64,000 nucleotides of DNA from an uncultured Syntrophobacteraceae bacterium. Lineage in GTDB: Bacteria > Desulfobacterota > Binatia > UBA9968. Under the pieces are notes generated by a model. The model was not told the DNA's origin and did no database searches. It saw only the letters and a list, made by a program, of their open reading frames with translations. Shown one piece after another: positions 48,428 through 57,768 of this stretch (within the stretch, counting starts at the first letter, position 1; each line of letters opens with the position of its first letter). The stretch lies in assembly GCA_964404195.1 (NCBI GenBank), contig CAYOJC010000006.1, positions 16,820 to 80,819 on the forward strand, given 5' to 3'. A program made the position numbers and the translations under genes.

Positions 48428-50737
48428 TTGCCGCTCAGTAAGCTCGTCGGCGCCAGGGTAAAGCGGCGTGAAGATCCGAGATTGATTCGCGGTCTGGCCG
48501 GCTATGTCGATGACCTCCGCTTACCCGGGACTCTCAGCGCGGCTATTCTGCGCAGCCCGCACGCGCACGCTAAGATTCGATCGGTTCGCTTCGAAGGGGC
48601 GCTCAGCCATCCGGGAGTCGTCGCCATATTCTCCGGAAGAGAGCTCCGGGATGAAATTCGGCCGTTGCCGGTCGACAGTCAAAATCCGACGCTGCGAATC
48701 CCCAAGCATTATGTCCTCGCCGTCGAAAAAGTTTGTTATGCCGGCGAAGGCGTGGCGGTGGTGGTCGCGGAGGACCGCTACGCCGCCGCCGACGCGCTTC
48801 CTCTGATCGAAGTCGATTACGAGCCGCTCGCGGTCGTTACGGACCCAGAGCTGGCGCTCACAAAAGAGAGTCCGGTAATTCATCCGGAATGGCCGGACAA
48901 CGTCGCCTTCCGCTCGAGCCGCAGCCAGGGCGATTTGACCGCGGCCTTCGAACGGGCCGACCGGATCGTCAAACAAAGGCTCGTTCATCAGCGCCTCGCG
49001 CCGGCGGCGATCGAAACCCGCGGCGTGCTGGCGCGCTACCTGCCCGATGAAATGGAATTGACCGTCTGGTCTTCTACGCAGATTCCGCATCTGCTCAAGA
49101 GCCACTTGTCCGAAATGCTCAAGCTGCCGGAGGAGCAGGTGCGCGTGATCGCTCCCGAAGTCGGCGGCGGCTTCGGCAGCAAGCTCAATATCTATGCGGA
49201 GGAGGCGCTGGTGGCTTTTCTCGCGCTGCGGCTGGGCCGCCCGGTCAAATGGATCGAAGAGCGGCGGGAGAACATGCATTCGACGATTCACGGCCGCGGG
49301 CAGGTCGGAGAAATCGAAGTCGCGGTAAAAAAAGATGGCAAGATTATGGGACTTAGATCCAGAGTCGTCGCCGATATCGGCGCTTATCATCAGCTCTATA
49401 CGCCGGGGATTCCGCGCTTCACCGGCTTGATGCTTTCGGGCTGCTATAAGATCCCGGCGATGAGCATCGAGGTTACGGGTGCCTTCACTAATAAAATGTC
49501 CACGGATGCTTATCGTGGCGCAGGGAGACCCGAGGCGACTTACGTGATCGAGCGGATGATGGACCGGGTCGCCGGAGAGCTGGGCATCGATCCGGTGGAG
49601 GTGCGGAGAAAAAATTTTCCTAAGCCGGCGGAATTCCCTTTCGCGACCGCCACCGGACTGAGTTACGACAGCGGAAATTATCAAGCGAGTCTCGACAAAG
49701 TCTTAAAACTCGTGGGCTACCGGAAGCTCAGGCGCGAGCAAAAGCGGCTGCGGAAACAGCAGCGATATCTTGGCATCGGTCTCTCCACCTACGTGGAGAT
49801 CTGCGCCATGGGGCCGGGCTCGGGAGAGTATGGCAGCGTGAGCGTCGAGCCCTCCGGGAAGGTGACGGTCCTTACCGGCGTGTCGCCACACGGACAGGGA
49901 CAGGAAACTTCGTTCGCGCAGATCGTGGCCGATGAGCTCGGCGTCGAGCTCGACGAGATTACCGTGCTTCACGGAGATACTGCCGTGGTGGAGAGCGGCG
50001 TCGGCACTTTCGGCAGCCGCGCAACGGCGGTCGGCGGGACGGCGGTGCTTCAAGCGGCGGAGAGAGTGAAGGAGAAAGCGCGTGAAATCGCCGCGCATCT
50101 CTTCGAGGCGGACCCCGAGGATATCGTTTTCAACGGCGGAAGGTTCAGCTTCAAGGGCGTGCCGAAAAAAAACCTCACGCTCAAGCAGATCGCGCGCGAA
50201 GCGCATGCACCGGGGAAGCTTCCCAAAGGCACGGCGCCGGGACTTTCAGCCGCCGCTACCTTCGAGCCGTCCAACTTTACCTTCCCATTCGGCGCGCACG
50301 TCTGCGTGGTCGAGGTCGATCCCGAGTCGGGGGAGATCGCAATAAAAAAATACGTCGCGGTGGACGATTGCGGCAAAGTGATCAATCCGCTTTTGGTCGA
50401 TGGCCAGATACACGGCGGAATCGTTCAAGGGCTGGGACAGGCGCTCTTCGAAGAAGTGATCTACGAGGAAAACGGCCAGCTCATCACCGGGAGCTTGATG
50501 AGCTACGCTTTGCCGCACGCCGAGAACCTGCCACGGCTCCAACTCGCTCGAACCGAAACGCCGACGCCCGTCAACCCGCTGGGCGCCAAGGGAGTTGGGG
50601 AGGCCGGCACGATCGGCTCCACGCCGGCCATCGTCAATGCGGTGGTGGACGCTCTCTCTCCCTTCGGCGTCACGCACATCGACATGCCGCTCAAGCCCGA
50701 GAAAATCTGGCGCTTGTGCCGAGGAACGAAAGCCTGA
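48428..50737 (+). CDS. xanthine dehydrogenase family molybdopterin-binding large subunit (CoxL-like, AYRGAGR active-site loop), orphan
   Basis: N-terminal VKRREDPRLIRG..., loop TDAYRGAGRPEATYV; TTG start at 48428 per track; no adjacent small or FAD subunit genes. Confidence 0.8.
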   Translation: MPLSKLVGARVKRREDPRLIRGLAGYVDDLRLPGTLSAAILRSPHAHAKIRSVRFEGALSHPGVVAIFSGRELRDEIRPLPVDSQNPTLRIPKHYVLAVEKVCYAGEGVAVVVAEDRYAAADALPLIEVDYEPLAVVTDPELALTKESPVIHPEWPDNVAFRSSRSQGDLTAAFERADRIVKQRLVHQRLAPAAIETRGVLARYLPDEMELTVWSSTQIPHLLKSHLSEMLKLPEEQVRVIAPEVGGGFGSKLNIYAEEALVAFLALRLGRPVKWIEERRENMHSTIHGRGQVGEIEVAVKKDGKIMGLRSRVVADIGAYHQLYTPGIPRFTGLMLSGCYKIPAMSIEVTGAFTNKMSTDAYRGAGRPEATYVIERMMDRVAGELGIDPVEVRRKNFPKPAEFPFATATGLSYDSGNYQASLDKVLKLVGYRKLRREQKRLRKQQRYLGIGLSTYVEICAMGPGSGEYGSVSVEPSGKVTVLTGVSPHGQGQETSFAQIVADELGVELDEITVLHGDTAVVESGVGTFGSRATAVGGTAVLQAAERVKEKAREIAAHLFEADPEDIVFNGGRFSFKGVPKKNLTLKQIAREAHAPGKLPKGTAPGLSAAATFEPSNFTFPFGAHVCVVEVDPESGEIAIKKYVAVDDCGKVINPLLVDGQIHGGIVQGLGQALFEEVIYEENGQLITGSLMSYALPHAENLPRLQLARTETPTPVNPLGAKGVGEAGTIGSTPAIVNAVVDALSPFGVTHIDMPLKPEKIWRLCRGTKA

Positions 50738-50802
50738 TTGCAACTCCGCACCGTCTCGTGTTAGCGGGTATAGATGAAGTTTATTTTGAAAGGGGAGTAA
50801 CG

Positions 50803-51021
50803 ATGAAAACCTGGACGAAAGTACCGGCCTGTGCGGCTGTGGTCCTATTGTTGGGCGTGGGTTGTGGAAAGGATCAAAAGAGCTCGGCCGAAAGGGATGC
50901 TGAAATTCAGAAGGCACTCCAAGAAGGAGCGGCGAAAGAGCAGAAGATGTACGAGGGAATGCAAAAAGGGGTGGAGAACATGGAGAAAGGCGTTCAGGAA
51001 CAAAAAGAGAAAGGCAAGTAG
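50803..51021 (+). CDS. small lipoprotein (72 aa, lysine/glutamate-rich)
   Basis: Signal with lipobox LGVGCGK, GGAG RBS; track ORF reads through from the coxL-like 3-prime region. Confidence 0.5.
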   Translation: MKTWTKVPACAAVVLLLGVGCGKDQKSSAERDAEIQKALQEGAAKEQKMYEGMQKGVENMEKGVQEQKEKGK

Positions 51022-51026
51022 CCTTT

Positions 51027-51374
51027 TCAATCCGACTCGGCGGGATTGGCCGCCGGTGTGTTGCGTGGAATCATCTCGAAGACCACGCGCTCCAAAAGCG
51101 GCGGCGAGTCGCGCAGGTTGAGGACGCGCACGCGGAGCTTTTCGTCCGCGACTTGCCGCGCCCGACAGGAAAAAAGCTCCCCATCCGCTTTGACCTCCAC
51201 GTTAGGGTTCTTGATCATGTTCCGGCACCAGTGCTTGCTCTCGATCTTTCTTGACCCAGCGTAGAATTTCCCGTTGAGATAGACCATTCTCAACTCCACG
51301 GTGCGCGGCAGACCCGTGCGCCGGCCGATCGTCGTGAGATCGCCGACAAAGACGGATTCGTTTTTCAAATTCAT
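51027..51374 (-). CDS. F420H2-dependent reductase family protein (deazaflavin-dependent nitroreductase/FDOR, DUF385, PNPOx-like split barrel)
   Basis: LTTIGRRTGLPRTVELRMVYLNGKFYAGSRK...HWCRNMIKNPNVEV pattern; start at MNLKN. Confidence 0.7.
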   Translation of the reverse strand: MNLKNESVFVGDLTTIGRRTGLPRTVELRMVYLNGKFYAGSRKIESKHWCRNMIKNPNVEVKADGELFSCRARQVADEKLRVRVLNLRDSPPLLERVVFEMIPRNTPAANPAESD

Positions 51375-51464
51375 GCATGGAATATAAGCGGTTGGGATTA
51401 GCATAACAAGCTTGACTCTCCTTCACCTGCACGATAATCCTGAGCGCAATTGTAAGGGGACGGT

Positions 51465-52256
51465 ATGGAAATCAAGACACCGCAACTCGCGGTGAAAATG
51501 AGCGCTCAGGAGGCGAAGGCGTATCTGGATGCGGTGAACGCGAAGGTCGTTCGGCGTTGGAAGGAGCGGGTGACTCAGGGCGCCTTCATGAAAGCGCTCA
51601 CGCAGGGAAGCTTGCCGCTGTCGGTAATTCGCCTGTTTTTCAAAAACTGGGGCGCGTTCACGATCGAGATCAATACGCTGATCGCCGCTTCGTACCACAA
51701 ACATCTCGGTTTCTTCAAAAGGCACGTCGATCTTCTCGGACCGTTCGGCGCCAAAATCGCCGATGAGTTCATCCATCCGAAGCCGCCGGGCCACGTGCTG
51801 GTCATGCTGCAGACAGCGAAGGCCCTTGGCCTTTCGGAAGCTGACGTTCTGCGGCAGCCGATGCTGGCCGAGGCGCGCACGATTCTCGACTTCAAACGCG
51901 CTCTCCTATGGGAGGGGACGGTCGCGGAATGGTGGTTCTCGATGCTGACCGAAGAGCCGATCGGTCATTGGGCGGCAACCTGGTATCGCGCGCTGACAAA
52001 GCAGTATGGCTTCACTCGCGAGCAGACGATTTATTTTTCCACGCATGAAGAGGCGGACTTGAAGGAACACGACGACGGCGTGATGGGCCACGGCAGCTTC
52101 AACCGCGTGGTCATGGAACGGATTCTGATGGACGGCTACGCGGACGTGCGCGAAGGCTACAATCTGGAATACTGCGCTCTAACCGCGGTGGATCTCTACG
52201 GCGTGATGCATCGCGGTGTTTATGAACATGGAATGGCCGAGGCGGGTAAAAAGTGA
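51465..52256 (+). CDS. hypothetical all-helical protein (possible heme-oxygenase-like TenA/PqqC fold; tentative)
   Basis: 263-aa ORF with good codon usage, no clear motif. Confidence 0.35.
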   Translation: MEIKTPQLAVKMSAQEAKAYLDAVNAKVVRRWKERVTQGAFMKALTQGSLPLSVIRLFFKNWGAFTIEINTLIAASYHKHLGFFKRHVDLLGPFGAKIADEFIHPKPPGHVLVMLQTAKALGLSEADVLRQPMLAEARTILDFKRALLWEGTVAEWWFSMLTEEPIGHWAATWYRALTKQYGFTREQTIYFSTHEEADLKEHDDGVMGHGSFNRVVMERILMDGYADVREGYNLEYCALTAVDLYGVMHRGVYEHGMAEAGKK

Positions 52257-52266
52257 GGTTGAGGTA

Positions 52267-53091
52267 ATGAAGAAAAAAAATTCATCGAAAATTATATCAT
52301 CGACCGTGCGCCTAGGCGGCGGCATGTCCGCCTTCCGCGCTCTGCCGAAAGCGAAGGGCAAACGGCCCGCGGTGATCCTTTTTCACGAGCGCTACGGAAT
52401 CGTGCAGCATACGAAAGATCTCGTCGTAAAGTTCGCCCAAGCGGGATACGTGGCGCTGGCGCCGGATCTCTTCTGGCGCTTTACCGGCGATAGGAAAGCG
52501 TTGCAGCGCGGCGATGCCCGCGCCGACATCCGGGACAGCGAAGCGCTCGAGGATACTGCGGCGTCGCTCGAATATTTAAATAAGCAGGACTCGGTGGATC
52601 CTGCGCGGATCGCGGTCATGGGTGTTTGCCAGAGCGGACGCCAGGCCGTGCTGCCGGTGACCCACGGCATGAATGTCGCCGCATGCGTCGTTTTTTATGG
52701 CGCCGCTGGAGGAAAAGAATGGACGACCGACGAGTTCCGGCCGGTGCTGATCGAAACCCTCCTGGAAAAACTTTCCTGTCCGCTCTTGGGAGTTTTCGGC
52801 GAGGCCGATCACATCATCTCCGTGGACGACGTTCTCAGATTTCGCGCGGCGCTGGAGCGGAACAAGAAAAGCTATCACATCCGGATTTACCCGGACGTGC
52901 CGCATGGCTGGCTCAACGACACGATGCCGGGGAGATACCGCAAGGAAGCGGCCCGCGATGCCTGGAATTTCCTGCTCAGCTATCTCAAGAAGACGATGAG
53001 CCATAGCTCGAACAAGGACCGGATCTCCTGGACGTTCGAGAGCGATTTTGCCGCCGGTTACGATTTTAAGAAAAACGTTCGGATGGAATAA
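52267..53091 (+). CDS. dienelactone hydrolase family protein
   Basis: PAVILFHERYGIVQHTKD...AQAGYVALAPDLF..., nucleophile elbow MGVCQSG, catalytic His in DVPHGW. Confidence 0.8.
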   Translation: MKKKNSSKIISSTVRLGGGMSAFRALPKAKGKRPAVILFHERYGIVQHTKDLVVKFAQAGYVALAPDLFWRFTGDRKALQRGDARADIRDSEALEDTAASLEYLNKQDSVDPARIAVMGVCQSGRQAVLPVTHGMNVAACVVFYGAAGGKEWTTDEFRPVLIETLLEKLSCPLLGVFGEADHIISVDDVLRFRAALERNKKSYHIRIYPDVPHGWLNDTMPGRYRKEAARDAWNFLLSYLKKTMSHSSNKDRISWTFESDFAAGYDFKKNVRME

Positions 53092-53265
53092 TTATTGGGC
53101 GACTCTACGTATCGCCAGGGAAAGCCGCCGCCCGCTCTCCGAGCCCGCGCAATGGGTAGGTGCTATTTCCAACCACCAGTGTCGGATGCGCGGGCTCTGC
53201 GACCGGACGACTGCTTTCCCAGCGAGGCCGAGTGGCGCGGGGACTCGCCTCCGGGAGAATAAGTT

Positions 53266-53982
53266 ATGCGCGGGCCCAAAGGGCAGATCGGCGCAATCAC
53301 GCCGACCTATCTCGACGAAGCCGAGGATTGGTTTAGAATAGTTCCCGAGGGAGTGAACGTCGTCTTCGCCACGCTCGGCGTCGAAGAGCACACGCCGCAG
53401 GAATTTCAAAAAGCGCGCGCGGCGGTGGAGCGCGCGGCGCGCGGGTTGATCAAACTCGGCGTCGGCGCGGTCGTGCTCGGCGGCTCGCCGCTGGTGATGG
53501 CGGCGAAGGGTGAAGGAACCGGCGAGCTTGCGCCTCTGCTGCAAAAGGAAACGGGAGTTCCCGTCAGCACCGGCCAGGAAGCGGCCGAGCTGGCGCTTGG
53601 CACTTTAGGAATAAAAAAACTGCTGCTCGTCACTCCTTATAAGGAGAGCTTGAACGAAGGCATGAAGCGCCGGCTCGAAGCGCGCGGCTTCGAAGTTCTC
53701 GCACTCAAAACCGCTCTATGCCCCGGGCCGGCCGAGATGTCGCGGCTTTCGCCCGACCTTCCGCTCCGTCTCGCGCGCGAGGCTTTTCGCGAAGCGCCAC
53801 ACGCCGACGGTATTTACATCCCCAATCCAAAGTGGCAGACGCTCGGCGCGATCGAGGCGCTCGAACGAGATTTTAAGATTCCCGTTGTGACGACGACGCA
53901 GGCGTCGGCCTGGTGGGCGCTCAAAATGCTCAAGATCAAAGAGGCAAGACCCGGATACGGCGAACTTTTCAACCACCTGTAA
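53266..53982 (+). CDS. Asp/Glu/hydantoin racemase superfamily protein (arylmalonate decarboxylase / maleate isomerase-like)
   Basis: IGAITPTYLDEAEDWFRIVPEG... and GIYIPNPKWQTLGAIEALERDFKIPVVT; conserved Cys in ALCPGP. Confidence 0.7.
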   Translation: MRGPKGQIGAITPTYLDEAEDWFRIVPEGVNVVFATLGVEEHTPQEFQKARAAVERAARGLIKLGVGAVVLGGSPLVMAAKGEGTGELAPLLQKETGVPVSTGQEAAELALGTLGIKKLLLVTPYKESLNEGMKRRLEARGFEVLALKTALCPGPAEMSRLSPDLPLRLAREAFREAPHADGIYIPNPKWQTLGAIEALERDFKIPVVTTTQASAWWALKMLKIKEARPGYGELFNHL

Positions 53983-54000
53983 GTCTCCGGAGGAGAGTCT

Positions 54001-54972
54001 ATGAAGCGCAAAAAAGGTGCGACGGCTCTGGCCGCGTTCTTGGCGATCTGCTTCCTGCCGCAAATGCTTCCAGCCGGCAGCGCGCCCGAGCGTGTCATGA
54101 TCGGCACGCCGAGCCGCGGGCTGTTCGAGTTTCCGGTCGTCGTGGCGCTGCGCAAGGGATTTTTTAAAGACGAAGGCTTGAACGCCGACAAAGTCCAGAT
54201 GCAGCCGGCGATTGGCGTTAAAGCGCTGGTTTCCGGCGACATCGATTATCTGCTCGCCTGGGGTTCGACGCTCCGCGCGGCGGTGACGGGCGTGCCTATT
54301 AAAGTCGTCGCCGGCATGTCGGCCCGGCCGCTCCATGTCTTGATGGTCCGGTCGGAGATCAAGTCGGGGAAAGATCTCAAGGGCAAGACCATCGGCGTCG
54401 ATTCTTTCGCCGGCACCGTGGATTATCTCTCGCGCGTCGCCGTCCGGCACTTCGGCCTCGATCCGGACAAGGACGTCACGATCATCGTCAGCGGCGAAAG
54501 CCCGCTGCGTCTGGCGGCGATCCGGGCCGGGTCGATCCACGCGACGCCCATCGACGTCGCTTTCGCCGTCAAGGCGGAAGAGGAAGGAATGAAGCGGATG
54601 CTCAACCTGGCCGACCTCATCGATCTGCCGCTCTCAGGGATCGGCGTGACCGATAAAAAACTTCAGACCGAGAGGGAGCAGGTTAAAAAAGTAATTCGCG
54701 CCACGCTGCGCGGCACGCGCTTCATGAAAGAGAACCGCGCCGAGACGCTCGCAATGATGACCGACTATCTTCGCATCACGCCGTCGCAAGCGGCCAAGGC
54801 CTACGACGCCGCGATCGGCTCGTTCACCGAGGACGGCTTTGTCTCCGAAAAGGGCCTGCTTCTCGACGTGAATCTAACGCGCGAGCGACTCAAGCTCGCC
54901 AAGGAAATTCCGCTGAGCCAGGTAGTGGACTGGAGCTTGTTAAAAGAAATCAAGGAAGCAAAGCCTAGATAA
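54001..54972 (+). CDS. ABC transporter substrate-binding protein, NMT1/SsuA/TauA-like
   Basis: Signal peptide, PBP type II fold motifs; no permease or ATPase genes adjacent in the window. Confidence 0.75.
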   Translation: MKRKKGATALAAFLAICFLPQMLPAGSAPERVMIGTPSRGLFEFPVVVALRKGFFKDEGLNADKVQMQPAIGVKALVSGDIDYLLAWGSTLRAAVTGVPIKVVAGMSARPLHVLMVRSEIKSGKDLKGKTIGVDSFAGTVDYLSRVAVRHFGLDPDKDVTIIVSGESPLRLAAIRAGSIHATPIDVAFAVKAEEEGMKRMLNLADLIDLPLSGIGVTDKKLQTEREQVKKVIRATLRGTRFMKENRAETLAMMTDYLRITPSQAAKAYDAAIGSFTEDGFVSEKGLLLDVNLTRERLKLAKEIPLSQVVDWSLLKEIKEAKPR

Positions 54973-54974
54973 CG

Positions 54975-55313
54975 GTGACGGAAACCGATTCACACATGAT
55001 GTACTGTCCAAAATGTAGAACTGAGTATCGCGATGGTTTTACGAAGTGTGCGGATTGCCAGATACCTCTCGTCGCTGAATTGACGCCCTCCCCAGGGGAA
55101 GATGAGCCTGCGTTCGTGGATGTCGAGGAAGTTTTGAGTACGATCGATCCGGGCCAGATCGCGCTCATAAAATCGATCCTAGAGGCTGAAATGATTCCCT
55201 ACCTGGCGCAAGGAGAACATTCTCACTCTTTACAATCTCCTATCCCCGTGCGGTTCCTGGTTCCTAGAGAACACATCGTGCGAGCGTGCGAAGTTCTTAA
55301 GGAATTACTTTAG
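54975..55313 (+). CDS. zinc-ribbon + DUF2007-like small protein
   Basis: CPKCRTEYRDGFTKCADCQ N-terminal zinc ribbon then putative signal-transducing DUF2007-like domain. Confidence 0.5.
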   Translation: MTETDSHMMYCPKCRTEYRDGFTKCADCQIPLVAELTPSPGEDEPAFVDVEEVLSTIDPGQIALIKSILEAEMIPYLAQGEHSHSLQSPIPVRFLVPREHIVRACEVLKELL

Positions 55314-55936
55314 TGCAAACACAGTCCTTGTCCTTTCAACCTAACTTTGTAACCTTGAAAATCTCACGTCCCTTCTACGAACAGCCCACACTCAAAGTTG
55401 CCCGGCAGTTGTTGGGGAAATATTTGATCCGAAAACATCCCGATGGAAAAACCGTCGGCCGGATTTTGGAGACGGAAGCATACGTCGGGCCGCAGGACTT
55501 AGCCTGTCATGCCTCGCGCGGGCGCACGGCGCGTACGGAGATCATGTTCGGGCCCGCAGGACACGCGTACGTCTACTTCATCTACGGGATGTATTACTGC
55601 CTCAATATCGTCACAGAGGAGAAGGATCATCCGTCGGCGGTTCTGATCCGTGCGCTGGAGCCGGTAGAAGGGATCGAGTTAATGAAAGCGCGACGGCGCA
55701 CGGAAACCCATCGCAATCTCGCCAGCGGGCCGGGGAAGCTCTGCCAGGCCTTTGCTATTGACAAGTTTCTCAACGGAGCTGATATTTGTGGCGGGGTTCT
55801 TTACGTCGAAGATCGCGACGAGCGGGCGCCGAAGATTTTATCGACACCGAGGGTCGGTGTCGATTATGCGGGCAAGTGGAAAGACAAGCGTTGGAGATTT
55901 CTTATTCGCGGAAATGAGTTTGTCTCTAGGTCTTAA
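55313..55936 (+). CDS. mpg: DNA-3-methyladenine glycosylase (Mpg/AAG family)
   Basis: VARQLLGKYLIRK...GRILETEAYVGPQDLACHASRGRTARTEIMFGPAGHAYVYFIYGMYYCLNIV. Confidence 0.85.
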   Translation: MQTQSLSFQPNFVTLKISRPFYEQPTLKVARQLLGKYLIRKHPDGKTVGRILETEAYVGPQDLACHASRGRTARTEIMFGPAGHAYVYFIYGMYYCLNIVTEEKDHPSAVLIRALEPVEGIELMKARRRTETHRNLASGPGKLCQAFAIDKFLNGADICGGVLYVEDRDERAPKILSTPRVGVDYAGKWKDKRWRFLIRGNEFVSRS

Positions 55937-56182
55937 CATGGGTCTCCCTCAAGGTCTTTGATTCGGGCAAGAAGAATTTATTCATCCGGGATAGTCGCGA
56001 GCAGCAATCTCTTTACGGATTTGCTTTAGCTTGGCCAGGATTTCCTGTGCTGTTTGGTCGCGCGCTCCCTGCCGCCGCAGCCGTTTTTGGTACTTCGTCG
56101 AGAGTGCTACAAGAGCACGACGGAGGTCCAAGCTTTTATTGTTTTTGTTCATCGGCTTCGTTTCTTCAAGATCGCAGCCATT

Positions 56183-56245
56183 CTGGAGGTAGACGCCGAT
56201 TAGGTGGCTCTTGTACTCGGCGCTTACTTCAATCTCATCGCCCAA
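56183..56245 (-). pseudogene. ~21-codon remnant of the 3-prime end of a coxM-like FAD-subunit gene
   Basis: Nucleotide identity ~80% to 56935-56995 (gaggtagacgccgat...cttgtactcggcgct...); translates to EVSAEYKSHLIGVYLQ versus EGSAEYKRHLIGVYLK of the intact gene. Confidence 0.65.
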
Positions 56246-56537
56246 GGCGGTGGGCAATTTCCCTGTAAATCTCCGCTCTCTCACGTCTGCCGATGCCAAT
56301 GATGAGCACCACAAGTCGTTGGTGCCGGATTTCGTAGACGATCCGAAAACCCTTTTTGCCGAAGTAAATTTTGCGATAGCCGGTTAAATCGATCCCCATC
56401 CTCTTTCCGAGAGTTTCCCCAAGCTCGGGTCGCTCCGTAAGCTTGTCAATCTGTTTGGCAGCCAGCTTCTTAAGTGAGCCGTCAAGCGCGTCGAACTCGC
56501 GCGCGGCATCGGGCAGGAACTCGACCTTATAGGCCAT
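56235..56537 (-). CDS. relE: RelE/ParE family type II toxin
   Basis: YKVEFLPDAAREFDALD...GYRKIYFGKKGFRIVYEIRHQRLVVLIIGIG RelE/ParE fold signature. Confidence 0.85.
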   Translation of the reverse strand: MAYKVEFLPDAAREFDALDGSLKKLAAKQIDKLTERPELGETLGKRMGIDLTGYRKIYFGKKGFRIVYEIRHQRLVVLIIGIGRRERAEIYREIAHRLGR

Positions 56538-56799
56538 GCTTGGCCTTTATTGACTCCCAGGTAATTTTCTTCCCTCCGGTCCGGTCCTTTCTATCCTGGA
56601 TCTCAAGTGCGGCCAGGAGATGCTCTAGGTCTTCAACAATACCTTCGTACTCTTCGATCGGAAGAATCACGGCCTCAAGGCGGTTGTTACGCGACAGAAC
56701 AACACGTCCTTTCCGCTTCGCCTCGTTCAACACCTCGCCCAACTGTTTGGATGCTTTTGACGAGGATATGATCTCCTCTCTGCGATAGGATGTCTCCAT
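56527..56799 (-). CDS. phd: Phd/YefM family antitoxin
   Basis: SSKASKQLGEVLNEAKRKGRVVLSRNNRLEAVILPIEEYEGIVEDLEHL; overlaps relE by 11 nt. Confidence 0.85.
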   Translation of the reverse strand: METSYRREEIISSSKASKQLGEVLNEAKRKGRVVLSRNNRLEAVILPIEEYEGIVEDLEHLLAALEIQDRKDRTGGKKITWESIKAKHGL

Positions 56800-56906
56800 G
56801 GATTAATCCCCTCCGTATTGAGGATTATTTTCCGCTAAATTTTCCGTAAAATCAAGAGATAAATCGGCAGTCGGTAGGACGTTGGGAGAATTCTAACGCG
56901 TCAATG

Positions 56907-57764
56907 TCAAGATAGAGCCTTCGCAAACGCTCGCTTGAGGTAGACGCCGATCAGATGCCGCTTGTACTCGGCGCTGCCTTCGAGGTCATCGACGGGATCG
57001 GCGGCGGTTGCGAGTGCTTCGGCGGCGTCGGCCAACTGCTTCTCGACCACGTCTTTCGATCCGACTAGCAGCGCGTCGGCTTGATCGGAGCGCGAAGGCT
57101 TCGCGCTGACGCTGCCTACCACGGCTCTGGCTTTGCTTATGCTTCCACCATTATCCAAATCCAGAACCAACGCCAGTCCGAGCGTCGGCCGCTCCTTGAT
57201 TTGAAATTTGAGATACGCCGCGCGTTTGTTCTTGGAGGCCAGCGGAATGTCGATGGCGAGCAAAAGCTCGTCCGGAGCCAGCGCGGTTTCGTAAGCGCCG
57301 ACGATCAGCTCGTCCATCTTTAGAATCCGCTCTTCGCCCTGTCCCTGAACGTGCACGTGGGCTTCAAGCGCCAGCAGCAGAGTCGCCGGATCGGAGTGGG
57401 GCTCGGCAAAACAGAGATTTCCTCCCAGCGTCCCGGTCGCGCGCACGCGCACGTTGGCGACGTGATGAGCCATGTCGGCCAGAACGGGAACGATTTCCCG
57501 CACCGCGTCGGACTTTTCGATCGCTCGATGCGTGACCGTCGCGCCGATGCCGAGCGAATTGTTCCCGGTTTCGATCGTGTTCAGTCCGGGAAGCGGTTTC
57601 ACGTCCACGAGATGCTCGTAGCGCAGGAGGTCGTGCTTCATGGCGAGAAGCAGCTCCGTGCCGCCGGCATAGAGGCGGCCGTTCTCGCCGTAGTGCGCCA
57701 GCATCTCCGCCGCTTCTTTGACGGTTTTCGGTTGATCGATCGTAAAACGTCTGAGTGGCATCAT
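56907..57764 (-). CDS. coxM: molybdenum hydroxylase FAD-binding subunit (CoxM/XdhB-like)
   Basis: FAD-binding PCMH domain AGGTELLLAMKHDLL, C-terminal SAEYKRHLIGVYLKRAF. Confidence 0.85.
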   Translation of the reverse strand: MMPLRRFTIDQPKTVKEAAEMLAHYGENGRLYAGGTELLLAMKHDLLRYEHLVDVKPLPGLNTIETGNNSLGIGATVTHRAIEKSDAVREIVPVLADMAHHVANVRVRATGTLGGNLCFAEPHSDPATLLLALEAHVHVQGQGEERILKMDELIVGAYETALAPDELLLAIDIPLASKNKRAAYLKFQIKERPTLGLALVLDLDNGGSISKARAVVGSVSAKPSRSDQADALLVGSKDVVEKQLADAAEALATAADPVDDLEGSAEYKRHLIGVYLKRAFAKALS

Positions 57765-57768
57765 AAAA

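Noticed and set aside
55982-56152. 57-aa lysine/arginine-rich minus-strand ORF downstream of relE
   Set aside because: No RBS, no motif, and its longer track version (to 56314) is just read-through of the coxM remnant; likely non-coding.
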